Assembly: GCA_964016885.1 (NCBI GenBank)
Contig: OZ024747.1
Span: forward strand, 17,856,001 to 17,920,000
Source of the DNA: Eledone cirrhosa
Taxonomy: Eukaryota
DNA: 64,000 bases
Reading direction: 5' to 3'
Under the pieces are notes generated by a model. It was given only the letters and a program-made list of their open reading frames with translations, was not told the origin of the DNA and did no database searches. This document shows, in pieces, positions 28,891 to 41,497 of the stretch (position 1 is the first letter of the stretch; each line of letters begins with the position of its first letter). The position numbers and the translations under genes were made by a program.

Positions 28891-28898
<8 letters not shown>
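28585..28898. mobile_element. TA-inserted inverted-repeat PLE-terminus fragment
   Basis: Tail 28585-28665, inverted arms ~28668-28737/28836-28898, hammerhead inside, long (TA)n on both sides. Confidence 0.72.
28760..28846 (+). ncRNA. Hammerhead ribozyme motif with large stem II insertion
   Basis: ggt-CTGACGA-gcc[~54 nt]ggc-GAAAC-gcgc-GTC-act. Palindromic stem III (ACGCGCGT) and GUC triplet, but a short stem I. Confidence 0.68.
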
Positions 28899-28958
<60 letters not shown>

Positions 28959-29411
28959 ATTTTTATTCTGCTTTTACTATTTTAACTTGTTCTGCTTGTC
29001 TTGGACATTTTGTAAACTACATGAAAACTTTTTCTATGGAGATTAATCTACCTACATTAAAGACAGGCGCCGTCATTTCTCTTGAATATTTACCTAAGTA
29101 GAGGGTGATGGATTAGCAGAATTCTTAGGGTGTCCATAAAATATCATTGTCATATTTGTTCTGGCTATTTATATATTAATCTGAGTTCAAATCCTACCAA
29201 GGTTAACTTTGCTTTCCAGAATCGATAAAATAAAATAACAGTCAAGTATTGGGGTCGGTATAATCGGCTTTCGATGTTTTTTTGTTGTTTTTTTTATTAC
29301 TGGCCTTGTGCCTAAATTAGAAATCATTTACTCTTTGTTTCTGCTCTGCCATCTAGTAGCTTGACAAATGGGAATTGGTAAAATAGGTACGAGTTCGATA
29401 CAATCAAGTAC

Positions 29412-30410
29412 TAGTCATGTACCGTGGTTGATTTTATAGTCATGTACCGGGGTTGATTTTATAGTCCATGTACCGGGGTTGATTTTATAGTCATGTACCG
29501 GGGTTGATTTTATAATCATGTACCGGGGTTGATTTTATAATCATGTACTGTGGTTGATTTTATAGTCATGTACCGTGGTTGATTTTATAGTCATGAACCG
29601 AGGTTGATTTTATAGTCATGTACCGGGGTTGATTTTATAGTCCATGTATCGGGGTTGATTTTATAGTCATGTACCGGGGTTGATTTTATAATCATGTACT
29701 GTGGTTGATTTATCGTCATGTACCGGGGTTGATTTTATAGTCATGTACCGGGGTTGATTTTATAGTCATGTACCGGGGTTGATTTTATAATCATGTACCG
29801 GGGTTGATTTTATAGTCATGTACCGGGGTTGATTTTATAGTCATGAAGCGAGGTTGATTTTATAGTCATGTACCGGGGTTGATTTTATAGTCATGTACCG
29901 GGGTTGATTTTATAATCATGTACTGTGGTTGATTTTATAGTCATGTACCGGGGTTGATTTTATAGTCATGTACCGGGGTTGATTTTATAGTCATGTACTG
30001 GGGTTGATTTATAATCATGTACCGGGGTTGATTTTATAATCATGTACTGTGGTTGATTTTATAGTCATGTACCGGGGTTGATTTTATAGTCATGTACCGG
30101 GGTTGATTTTATAATCATGTACTGTGGTTGATTTTATAGTCATGTACCGGGGTTGATTTTATAATCATGTACTGTGGTTGATTTTATAGTCATGTACCGG
30201 GGTTGATTTTATAGTCATGTACCGGGGTTGATTTTATAATCATGTACTGTGGTTGATTTTATAGTCATTACCGGGGTTGATTTTATAGTCATGTACTGTG
30301 GTTGATTTTATAGTTATGTACTGTGGTTGATTTTATAGTCATGTACCGGGGTTGATTTTATAATCATGTACTGTGGTTGATTTTATAGTCATGTACCGGG
30401 GTTGATTTTA
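29412..30410. repeat. 25-bp minisatellite, ~40 copies
   Basis: Unit tagtcatgtaccggggttgatttta. Confidence 0.95.
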
Positions 30411-30534
30411 ACGACTTTGCTCTTCCTTAGAAAGTGGATGGCCTTGTATATAAATTAGAAATCAATAATTGCCTGAGTAGAATATTGAGAGATTTATTTA
30501 AACTATTGATATGCATCTAATGCAAGGTTATTTA

Positions 30535-30614
30535 TCAGGTCCTTAAGTATGAAATGTCCGATTTCAAATTGATATTGCTAAAGGAAATCGGACATTTTAT
30601 ACTTAATGACATAA
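30535..30614. mobile_element. ~80-bp mariner-type mini-MITE (hairpin); similar one at 56457-56541
   Basis: ttaagtatgaaatgtccgatttc / gaaatcggacattttatacttaa. The second reads tgggttgtcaagtatgaaatttgtagaaat / atttctacaaatttcatacttgacaaccca and sits in (TA)n. Confidence 0.55.
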
Positions 30615-32223
30615 TAACTCGAACAAGCGAAAATTTGGTTGTTTACAACGGATTTTAGTAATCTGTGATTTAGGGTGTTGCTTTCTTCTTAGTGTTTGTT
30701 ATATTTTTCTTTCTTGAAAGCAGTGAGTAGGAGCAGTGACTTTTCTTTCATTCAAGTATTATGTCATAGTTAACAAACCAGCGATAGGAACCTTACGTGG
30801 TCATTCGACCTGCGAGAAATAGCAGCTAAATCTCCCTTAAATCACACCCGACAAGACTGGGACTTTACAACACATCCCTAAATAGATGAAAGGCAAAGTT
30901 AACCTCGGCTCCATTTGAACTTGGTGTAGAGAACTGGGGTATTTAATCCGGCTTCCCTAACAATTCTGCCAATTCACCGCCTTATACATAATTACGAAGA
31001 ATGCTAATGACTGTCAGTAAACATTTATTGCTACCAAAACTGATAAACACCAGCAGTAAATGGTAAACAAGTTCGGATAAAATATCCCGCCTACAGTAAT
31101 ATATGCTTTCTTGGGGGGGGGGGGTTATTTTGTTTCTTTCTTTGTAGTTTTTTTTCTTTTTTTTTCTTTCTTTGTTATTCAAAGAGTATATTTTTTTAAT
31201 CACCATCAAACGTTATTTTCTTGGAGAAACTTATAAATCTATTTATTCTCCATTATATTAGACAATATAATGGCAGGAGAGAATATTGCAATTGATTTTC
31301 CCGTAAAATCAGATTTTTAATGTTCTGTTTATTATAGAGAGATCCGACAAGCTATTTTTTACGCAGTTCAATTTTCTGATAGCTGAATATATAAACACCA
31401 GAAGCAAAACAAAATAAAATGTGTCTCTGAAATGAACTAAACGACCGGCTTTCAGTTCTGTCTTGAATGTGGTTTGATAGTAATTCAATTCTTGTATTAT
31501 AACTCGAGATCAACTTCATTGAACATGTTTACGATCAGATCCAATTAAAGCAACTAGTGTTTTCTGGGCTACAGAACATTTGGAACCCCCAGGCCATGCT
31601 AGTAAGAAACGTGAACGTGATGGAAATTAATAGTACATGAATGTATAAATTAATTTTACTGCTCACACATATGCAGGTTTAGCTGTTCACTTTCCGTGTT
31701 GTATAACTTCAGAGTATTCTCAAGATTTTTGTGATAGAGGCTCCAGTTCTATCACCAAAAGCAATGTAAAATGAAACGTCTTGCTAAAGAACACAACGCG
31801 CTCCCCCGTCCAAGAATCGAACCCACGTCCAAGAATCGAACCCAGATCATGAGAGCAATACTATAGACCACGTGCGTCTCTGTAGGCCTACATATAGAGC
31901 GATATTGAAATTCCAGCAGAGAACGTGCTGATCTCTAAAACAAAGATGGCACCAAAAGGAAAAATATTGTATTTAATAGCAATGATGATATTCTAATTTT
32001 TGACAAAAATGTATTTCATAGCAATATAAAGCGAGAGAGGGGGTGAGAAAAGCATTATCAAACATACCAACAACATTATCCATCCAGTTAATATCACCGT
32101 AATACGATCTATGTACTTGCTTGCAAATCCTTGGCAGGTCTAAACTATCATGCCCAACATAAACATCAAATTGAATTAATAGGTTGTTCGAAACCTCATA
32201 CTCCGAAGTCGACGGGAGAGTCC

Positions 32224-32300
<77 letters not shown>

Positions 32301-32303
<3 letters not shown>

Positions 32304-32734
32304 GGAGGTGAGTTTTATTGTAGTACAATAAAGCAATGCAGATATCGGATAAGAAGCACTCTACAGTTTGTGGGACTGGAGTATGCATAATATAAGATCA
32401 AAAGATGGTTAAAGGAGTTCAATATATTTTATTATGCGCATTTCAAAAACAAACATCATCAAACAATAATATTTGTGTTTTCATCAGATAAAACAGGAGA
32501 ACATGATATGAAGGCTAAAAAAACACTTGTTGATAGTGCAGTTTTAAATCAACATATCATATCATATGTTGATTTAAAACTGCACTATCAACAAGTGTTT
32601 TTTTAGCCTTCATATCATGTTCTCCTGTTTTATCTGATGAAAACACAAATATTATTGTTTGATGATGTTTGTTTTTGAAATGCGCATAATAAAATATATT
32701 GAACTCCTTTAACCATCTTTTGATCTTATATTAT
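32301..32734. mobile_element. TA-inserted palindromic PLE-terminus fragment
   Basis: An 86-bp tail is followed by 171-bp inverted arms 32387-32557/32564-32734 with a 6-nt spacer. Each arm carries a hammerhead motif. Confidence 0.78.
32628..32694 (+). ncRNA. Hammerhead ribozyme motif (mirror copy on - strand at 32427-32493)
   Basis: ttttat-CTGATGA-aaacacaaatattattgtttgatgatgtttgttttt-GAAAT-gcgc-ATA-ataaaa. 6-bp stem I, long stem II, palindromic stem III (ATGCGCAT), AUA triplet. Confidence 0.8.
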
Positions 32735-32782
32735 ATATATATATATATATATATAGTGAGAGAAGGATATATATATAAATAG

Positions 32783-33465
32783 AAATTTGAGTATGTGTTG
32801 GTTGATTACTGACACTTCAATATACGGGGTAGAGCACTCACCGAAGTGCGCAGGTAGGTCTGTTTACTCCGGAGTAATTTAAAAACAAAAAGTGTATGTC
32901 AACACGTTAAAATTAACTTCGTTTATTCATATTTGCTGTAATATATATTTTGGTGATAACCATTATTCAACAGCTATGACCTCATCAGATAGCTAGAACT
33001 AGAACAGAAAAATTAAAAAAAAAACATAATTCCACCAGTTCTTTGAGAAAAAAACACCGTACTTCGAAACAGGGCATAGCAAAGGGTCGAAATAACGGAG
33101 GTAAACTTTGTTCCACCATTATGTTTTTCCGGTGGATTGGCAGTATCGGTAGAGAGTCGGACACCATGCTTTGAAGCATAGAGTTACGTCCCTTTATGAT
33201 CTGAGTTCAAACCCCGCCGAGGTTAACTTTGCCTTTCATCCTTACGGAGTCGATAGAATAAAGTACCAGTAATACACTGGGATAATTGCTGGCCTTGTGC
33301 CAAAAGTAGAAACAATTATGTTTTTCTGTTATTTTCCGTTCAAGTTCTAGCTGTCTCATGAGGTCATAACTGTTGAATAATGGTTATCACCGAAATATAT
33401 ATTATTGCGAATATGAATAAACGAAGTTAATTTTAACCTGTTGAGCTACACTTCTTGTTTTTATA
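32783..33465. mobile_element. TA-inserted inverted-repeat PLE-terminus fragment interrupted by a SINE
   Basis: Arms ~32880-33010/33335-33465. Hammerhead consensus is gctgt-CTGATGA-ggt..acc-GAAAT-atat-ATT-acagc, with one core mutation in each arm. A SINE at 33131-33316 has the duplication attatgtttttc. Confidence 0.7.
33131..33316 (+). mobile_element. Family A SINE with TSD
   Basis: Full-length copy. attatgtttttc is duplicated on both sides. Confidence 0.9.
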
Positions 33466-33558
33466 TATAAATAGGTTCTATTAAAGTGAAATATTTATGT
33501 ATATATATGCACATAGATATATGTATAAATACACAGATATCCGATGACTTCGTTTCAG

Positions 33559-33618
<60 letters not shown>

Positions 33619-34126
33619 TGTCCTATGTATGGTGGCAGTAGTAGTGGTGGTGGTGGTGGTGGAGCGAATCCGTAAATGTTCGTTTGTTTCTCTTCCATTT
33701 TTAAAACACATTAAAATACATTCACTAAGAACCAAAATATCAAAATATCCTCTCTCTTGTTTATTTTCCTCTAAATACGAAGGCAACCATAAAATTTGTT
33801 TTAACCGATTTTTTTTCCATTCAACGAGCTTTAGATATTTGTATTTCAATGTGTTACTCGAAATAGACTCGGCTACAGTTTCCTTACCTATTAGATGACT
33901 GGGAAAAAAGATGTAGTGCCCAAGATAGAGGTAGATATATTCCTTATATCATAAATTAAACGATTTAGTGATGCATGAACACTTCCTGGAAGTTCTTCAC
34001 TTTCATATTTTTGTTTTCTTTTTGCTTTTATTTGGTGGTGTAATTTTTTTTGGAGGGGGGGGGGGGGGGCTTTTTCCGGAAATACATGTTTTCTTTAACA
34101 TTTCAATAGGAATGTACACTGCATAC

Positions 34127-34162
<36 letters not shown>

Positions 34163-34425
34163 GTTATTCCGGGTTGAACCGGGGGTAACCACAGTAAGTA
34201 AGTAAGGTACTCAATACATAGCAGAGTATAATGTTTTAATATAGAAGAACTTCTACATGACTAGAACTGTTTCATTCGTGAGGAAGAGGATATATATATA
34301 TATATATATCCTCTTCCTGCTATATCAAGCGTTAACCTAATATATCCCTTCCATATACTGTACCGATTGTGTTGTTATTTCTGTTTACCTTTTACATATA
34401 TATATTTATATATATATAATGTATG

Positions 34426-34466
<41 letters not shown>

Positions 34467-35837
34467 GGTGGAGTCCCGGGTTCAATCGGGGGTAACCACG
34501 GTAAGTAAGGTACTCAATACATTTAGTAGAGTGTCAATATCGAATTTAATAGAAATGGCTTCTACATGCCTAGAACTGTTTCATTCAAAACAAATCATCA
34601 GGAAAGCTGAAACATACCTAAATAGTGTGCCTTATTTATTTAATTAGTTGCTGCAGTATATACAACGCTTTCTCATAAAAGATCTATATCGGAGGTCCCC
34701 AACCTCGCGTTCACGAACTACTGAGGTCCACATAGTTAGTAGTGCTGATCTATGTTCTTTTTGAGTAAACAGATTTTCAAAGACCTGATGTCTGTAGAAA
34801 AATGTATTTAAATGAACTGAATTCTTAGAATCATATGAATAATTTCTTGGAGCGATCACTTCACAAATGAAGAGGTCACGGAAATCTACGAAATACTATC
34901 ACAATAAGGCGGTGACAAATGTATGGCTACATGTTTGTATACTGATGAAGAACCTCTCTCGCGTGGAAGCCAGGGGTAGCGGGGCGTATGAGGCGAAGCA
35001 TACTTGTCAAGCCCTCATTGGCAACTGTAGGTGAGTATCTGGCCACCATGAGCCATTCCTTGGGGTAGGATTGTAACAGTGCTTGAAACGGTGCTAGGTG
35101 GGGATCTCTCTTCACCCAACTAAGGAACTAAGATTTTAAAACTGCACATATAAATATCTGTTACACAAATAGTTTGTATTTACGTTTCTGTGCAGGACGT
35201 TTAACTTCTTTGTTGTCCAACATTTACCGTCCATAGGCCTTACTTAACACCTGGTGGATTCGTCAGGAACCCATCGCTACGTCCCGGTCAGAACATAGGT
35301 GATTTCTTCAAGAGAAATAGAGAGAGATATAGAACGAAAGATAAGTGATAAAATATGTGGAGGAAGAAGCAACCCTAGTATTGAAGTGGCAGTTTATTTA
35401 TTGACCTCGGGAAAATGAAAGGGAAAATTTGACCTTGGTGGGATTTGAAATCAGTGAGCAGAGAAGCGAAACAAACACCAGAAAGTATTCTATTTGACGT
35501 TTTAACGACTCTGCCACTCGCCTTAACATGATTACCAAATAATTGTTTCTACCTTTTACACAAGGCCATCAATTATCCCAGTGCATTACTGGTGCTTTAT
35601 TTTATCTACCCCGAAAGGATGAAAGGCAAAGTTAACATCGGCGGTGGAAATTAAGTACCAACTTCTCTGAGGAAGCAGCCTAGATTTATCTCCCATATTT
35701 TTAACACTCACGAAACAGCTTTGTGATTCTTGAAAATAATTAATACTGTCCACGTTCAAAATAGTTATTACTGATTTATTTTCAGGGCGATTAGATTGAT
35801 GTCATGTCTGTCTTACAAAGATTGTATTAGTGTCGTG

Positions 35838-36022
35838 GGGCGGTAAATTGGCAGCATTGGTAGAGGGTAAGACACGCTTTCCAGCGTAGTTACGTCCCTT
35901 TACAATCTGAGTTCAAATCCCGCTGAGGTTAACTTTGCCTTTCATCCTTACGGGGTCGATAAAATAAAGTACCAGTAATGTACTGGGTAATTGCTGGCCT
36001 TGTGCTAAAAGAAGAAACAATT
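35838..36022 (+). mobile_element. Family A SINE (minus-strand relatives at 35390-35645)
   Basis: Matches the family consensus. Confidence 0.85.
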
Positions 36023-39000
36023 ATATTAGTGCCGTAAAGTAAAACAACCTATAGAAGGTAATCGAAAAACAACCGCAATCTCCTTTTGTGAAAAAGTTTA
36101 CATCTCGCTAATAATAGAGAAACCTATATCAAGGAAAATAACTCCAATTTGATTTACATGTTCTTTCATAGTAGCGTCCCTTATTCTGAAAAGTTGTTTT
36201 TAAACCACTTGTTTACTTGTTTCAACATTAGTTAAATATTTTTACGAGTAAAATTGTACTTTTCACGACTGTAATTTCTCATACTATTTCTACTGGATCA
36301 AATGCAATGGTGATTTAAGAAATTTGTTTTGAAATATTCTTGTATTACATTTTGTTTTGTTTGGTTAGTTTTTTCCCTTTAAACAACTTGAAATCTCTCC
36401 AAAGGAATGTTGATTCTAGTCCGGAAGCAATTATCGTTGCCTGTTAGCATTTAACATAAGTTGACAGTAGTACATGGCATTTCAACGTTGTGTTCCTATT
36501 AATAGTATTCTATTTTGTCTTCGTCGTCCGAGTAGTTGTCAAATTGTTTTGCTTTTGTTCTTATCTTAAAGCTGAAAACCGGTGATTGTTACCAGTTTTC
36601 AGAAATTGTGTACATATGTATATTTTATGTATAAACATATGTAAATTGTATAATGAAGTTTTAAAAGGTGAGTTCATGTTACACCTCACTCCTTTATTAA
36701 GCACGTTTGTTGGAAATATCACTAGAAATGTGATTTATAACCCAGATATTACTCACGACGCCATGGAACATCTAAACGATAACATTCGATCGACCTGTTC
36801 AAAATATCGGCCATATCGTTTTCGATAAACAAAAAGTCACGGGACGAAAGGTCATAATTTCGAATAGGAAAACTGTCACGTTATTTTAAATAATATAAAT
36901 AATAGTTAAAGTCATTAAACAAATAATATTTTGAGTCACTTATTAACTGATAATATACAAGTTGTACACAATAACGACACAATTTATTTAATAGTATTAA
37001 ACGTATTAAACGTATTAAACGAATGTTTTTTTTCTTTTTATTTAATATCTTAGATTAAGAAATAAAACTAAAAACATTAAGGAGTTTTTAATTTGGCATA
37101 ATCCTATTTTAAGGTTCTATTAAAGTGAAAGAGAAATTCGAGACGAAAAATAGAAAACCGAAACGTAAACAACGAAACGTTCTTACTTTCAGATGCTGTA
37201 GAAAGAAGAAAATTTGCTTTGTTTTTGTGTACCCTCGGGTCTCGAATAATCCCCCCACCTCCACTTATTAATTTTTCAGATATTTTACTCCACCCCCACC
37301 CCGCTCTTATTCAAACCACTTGCTTGTTAAATTTTGCTAATCCATCCCTGGCAAAATTTTATTTTAAATGGTATCATTCTTGCAACAATTATCTTTATAC
37401 ATTAAATAAACATTATACATGACAAAAAAGTACATTACTAGCAATCCCATACATTATAAATTAAACAGTATAGGTTAGTGTCTCAATATGTAAACTAAAC
37501 GTTTGATTCTGGGGGTTTTTTTAAATCCACGGAGACAACCTAGAAAAATTGCCTTTCGTCTTTTCGAGATCGATAAATAAAGTACCAGTCCAGTATTAGG
37601 ATCAATTCTTCCTTTATATCTCTTTTTCACTTCCTTCCTCACGGTCTCTCTTTCTTTTGAAGCAATCGGTTGTATTCGGACCTGGAGAGGGGTGAGCTTC
37701 GCTAGGTTTAAATGCCCAAGATACGCCGTACGCCACTACAGCTACTCTACGGCTCTGTTAGGGGTTAAGGAGCCATGAAGATGAAGTCATCTCCTTCAAC
37801 TCACACTCTACTCTCTTTAAAAGAAAAGTATGGGTGGGGGGGACATCAGTTAATGTAGTCCTAGATACACATTGTGTGAAAACAATTACATCGAAAATAC
37901 GGAAAATACACACCATCTAGAGTTTAGGTTGTTGTAAAGTTCTGTAATGTTCTGAATTCGATTCCCGAACTGGACGACACGCTAAACTCTTAAGCAATTT
38001 TTTCCTTTTTTGTGTTGTACCAGTCTACTCAGCTGCAAAAAAAAACAAAAATGATTACCAGCATCTTTTACTTTCATTGGCTTAACACCAATGAAACCCG
38101 AATAAGCTCAAACCTGATGGGTCCTTGGGCTTTAGACAAATCTTCGCTCACTTTAAAGACGTAGACACATCAAATATATCGCTACATATTCCTCATCTTA
38201 CCTCTCCTACTCTGCTTATTGGTATCTCATCCTCATTTTCATCCTCCCAATTTTCTCCTCTCTCTCTCTCTCTCTCTCTCTCAAACACGCTCATTTTACC
38301 TCTCACACCTGTTCTTCTATTAATCTCTATACTCTCTCACTCCCGTTCATTTATTACTTTTAACTTTAACATAAATATAATGTCAATTTCATTTCATCAA
38401 AGGATGTTGTACTCAGCTTTTAGGCTCTCTTGTGATTATATGTATATATTTCGAACATTTAATGTAACTATAATAAAGATACATGAATTGCCTATGTATT
38501 ATTTTTGGAATAAAGATTAATATCATTATGGCTTCTTTATTATTCCTATTTCTTACTAGATATATTAAATGAGAGCTCGCAAAAGAATATTTGAATCCCC
38601 AGTAAAGGAACCCCAAAGTATTGCCAGCCAATCACACGATGTTCCAGACACCATTTCTACCGACTCATTTCTACCGAAACACAGACCCCAGAATTTGGAG
38701 AATGATTCATATGTAAGAAATGTTTCGTTTTCCCTTGTTCATTATTTTTTTCTTTTGTCATTTGATTTGTTGTTGTTGTTGTTGTCGTCGTCATCGGACG
38801 GGATACCTTCTGCTAACTGTTCTGACTCTGCGTTCTGAGCTCAAATCTCGCATCAGGAAAATAGTGATTTTATAGGACTTAGGCCTTGTCATTAAAACAC
38901 CCAAGAAGCCTCCCATAAGATGCAACTTCAAAGGAGGACAGCTAAGCCTGTTTCAGTGTGAACCGTAACAGAATCATTGCTCATTAAATAATCAGCGAGA

Positions 39001-39164
39001 TGTGGAGAGTTAAGGTGTTAATAAGTGGAGGACATTGATGGAAAGGAGTGAGTGACAGACGAGACAGTAATGAAGAAAGTGTGAGAAAGGTACATGGAGG
39101 CTTAATACGAGCGTTATAGTCACCACCAACATCGTCATTTTACGTCGTTTTTTGTTGTTTTCTT

Positions 39165-39625
39165 TATGTCTGTAAGGAGTGGACGGGTCCTTTGCAGCAC
39201 AACACTTCACTACAAATCTCAATCGCTTTTGTGGGATTCAGCTTCTTGTAATCAGTCTTCACTTCGTCCCATATCTTCCTTGGTGTCCATCTTCCACAGA
39301 TTCCTTCCATTTGAATCATGGCTCGCTTCTTTGTACAATTGACATCCTCTATGCGCACACTATGCCAACGTTCTTTCTTGCACACTACATGTGATTCCTC
39401 TCATACTCAGCTTTTTCTCTCAGCTTATCTGCGCTCCGTCATTCATGCACAGTAACATTACACACCTAGCAGAATATACTCGATTCATTTCTTCCCAACC
39501 AACAGAAATCTTTCGCATTCAAGACCAAAGTCTCGCAATTATGCAGCATCGCGCTTCATACGATCTGCCCTTCATTCAGAGGGAAACCTTTTGTTACTAA
39601 CTGCGGTAGTAATGTCTTGAACTTT
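39165..39625 (-). mobile_element. Decayed RTE-type LINE 3' fragment
   Basis: RWHSVRIEDVNCTKKRAMIQMEGICGRWTPRKIWDEVKTD, related to the 63780-64000 peptide. Confidence 0.6.
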
Positions 39626-39686
39626 TCCAACTAACATATTCCGATCCTACTCTAGCGCCTATGATTTCCAAACCTCCATTACTAAT

Positions 39687-39930
39687 TACTCTCGGGTCTC
39701 GAATAATGTCACCCGCCGCCCCGGCTTATTAATGTTTCAGATTTTTTTTCCAACCGAAATCCCATACGTTATAAAACAAATAGGATGGACTTGGGTCTCG
39801 TTATGTAAACTAAATGACTAATTCTGGCTTTTTAAAAAAAAATCAACACAAACAACATAGAAAAATTACCGATTTTCCAACCCCGCCCGCTTGTCCCACC
39901 CTACCTCCCTGTTATTTGGACCCGAGAGTA
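39687..39930. mobile_element. MITE with TA ends; related copy at 37229-37550
   Basis: TIRs tactctcgggtc / gacccgagagta. Internal sequence is shared with 37229-37550. Confidence 0.7.
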
Positions 39931-40048
39931 GTTCACTTTGGAAGTACTGTGAAAAGCTGGTAATAAGCCCAGGCCAGTTGTTAGATGTAGTTCCCACTTC
40001 AAACTGTTCGTGGGGTATTTTAGTAACCATATGATTTATGTACGGGTT

Positions 40049-40091
<43 letters not shown>

Positions 40092-40494
40092 GCCTATATC
40101 ATATACTTACAAGTAACACAACAGAATAAAAGAATGTGTATTTTTACTGCTAAATACTCCTATGCATCTTCTACACATGTAGGCTAACTTCCTTGTCAAG
40201 TTGTGTGATCACACTTCACCATTTGTGTTATAAATAAACAAAACATATTCGGCAACAAGTATCTTTATTATCGTAGCTATATATAGGATAGCTATAGATT
40301 AGGTCAGGTTTTGTTACAGGATTTTGAACATAAGTGTCGAAAGAGACAAATTCCAAAAGTCCGCTTCGTTTAAGATAAAATAATCTAAACAAGCTGCATA
40401 ACAGAGATTTAAGAACTATCATTTAGCCGGCTGAGATTGTTCGGGTTTTGTGGGGTGTAATTTTCTGTTTGTTCGCTCACGTCTGACTTCAGAT

Positions 40495-40818
40495 ATGGAA
40501 TCCTGGCAACATCCATTATTTGGGTGTTTCGGCAACTTGGGCTTGTGTATAATTACTTATGCTGCTCCTTGCTATACGTTTGGTAAGAATGCCGAAGCTG
40601 TTGGCGAAGGCTGTTGTTTGTGTTGTTGCATATATCTGGTGCCTGGAATAAATTATTTCGCCATGACTCAAGTACGTGGAATGATCAGGAGTACACGTGG
40701 TATTGATGGCAGTATTTGTGGAGACTTTTTATCTGTATTATTTTGCCCTTTTTGTTCCCTCGTCCAGGAAGCCAAAGAAATTCGAGGTTATGATTGTCTA
40801 GAAATGGTTCGCGTTTGA
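40495..40818 (+). CDS. PLAC8/cornifelin family (plant cadmium resistance-like) cysteine-rich protein, 107 aa, single coding exon
   Basis: MESWQHPLFGCFGNLGLCIITYAAPCYTFGKNAEAVGEGCCLCCC...VRGMIRSTRGIDGSICGDFLSVLFCPFCSLVQEAKEI matches the PLAC8 pattern WxxxLFGCFxxxxxC...PC...R..IR...GI.GS...D......CPxCxLxQExxE. The first ATG is at 40495; the track start at 40450 is a non-ATG codon. A possible acceptor (gacttcag) lies just upstream. Confidence 0.92.
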   Translation: MESWQHPLFGCFGNLGLCIITYAAPCYTFGKNAEAVGEGCCLCCCIYLVPGINYFAMTQVRGMIRSTRGIDGSICGDFLSVLFCPFCSLVQEAKEIRGYDCLEMVRV

Positions 40819-40903
40819 AAATGACATAGAATAAACTATGTAAAAAAAAAATTAGAACGAAAAAAGATGAAGAAAATAATCGGTAAAAGAGGAGGCTGCT
40901 CAT

Positions 40904-41005
40904 GGACTTACCTATAACTCGGACTTACTCATAACTCGGACTTACTCATAACCCGGACTTACTCGTAACTCGGACTTACTCATAACTCGGACTTACCTAT
41001 AACTC
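40904..41005. repeat. 17-bp tandem repeat x6 just downstream of the PLAC8-family stop
   Basis: Unit ggacttactcataactc. Confidence 0.9.
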
Positions 41006-41307
41006 ATATCGAAGAAACAAACAAAAACATAACAGATCAAAGCAAAAACAGACATTTTCTTTTCCGTTTGTCTTTACCGTCGCCAAATATATTTATTTTG
41101 TGACATTATTCTTTGATTTACATACATATTATATTATATCTATAGTCGATCCAGAAACGTTGGTTGTGATTTTTTTTTTTATCGATCTTTGTTAATGTAT
41201 TCTCTAAATCAACTACAAGCCAATTGTAACCCTGGATCCATATACGGCCAGTGGCACGCCTCACGAAAAATTGCCTTGTATTTTTTTCTTCTTCTTTTTC
41301 TTTAGTA

Positions 41308-41497
41308 GTGCGGTCCTCTTGACAGTATCGGTAGAGGGTCGAACGTCATGCTTTGCAGCATTGAGTTACGGCCCTTTAGAGTCTGAGTTCAAATCCCGCC
41401 GAGGGACTTTGCCTTTCATCCTTATGTGGTCGATAAAATAAAGTACCAGTAATGCACTGGATAATTGCTGGTCTTGTGCCAAAAGTAGAAACAATTA
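41308..41497 (+). mobile_element. Family A SINE (another at ~41800-41965)
   Basis: Matches the family consensus. Confidence 0.85.

Noticed and set aside
29412-30410. CRISPR-like array
   Set aside because: Contiguous tandem units with no unique spacers and no cas genes, in a eukaryotic context. The same applies to 10012-10432 and 40904-41005.
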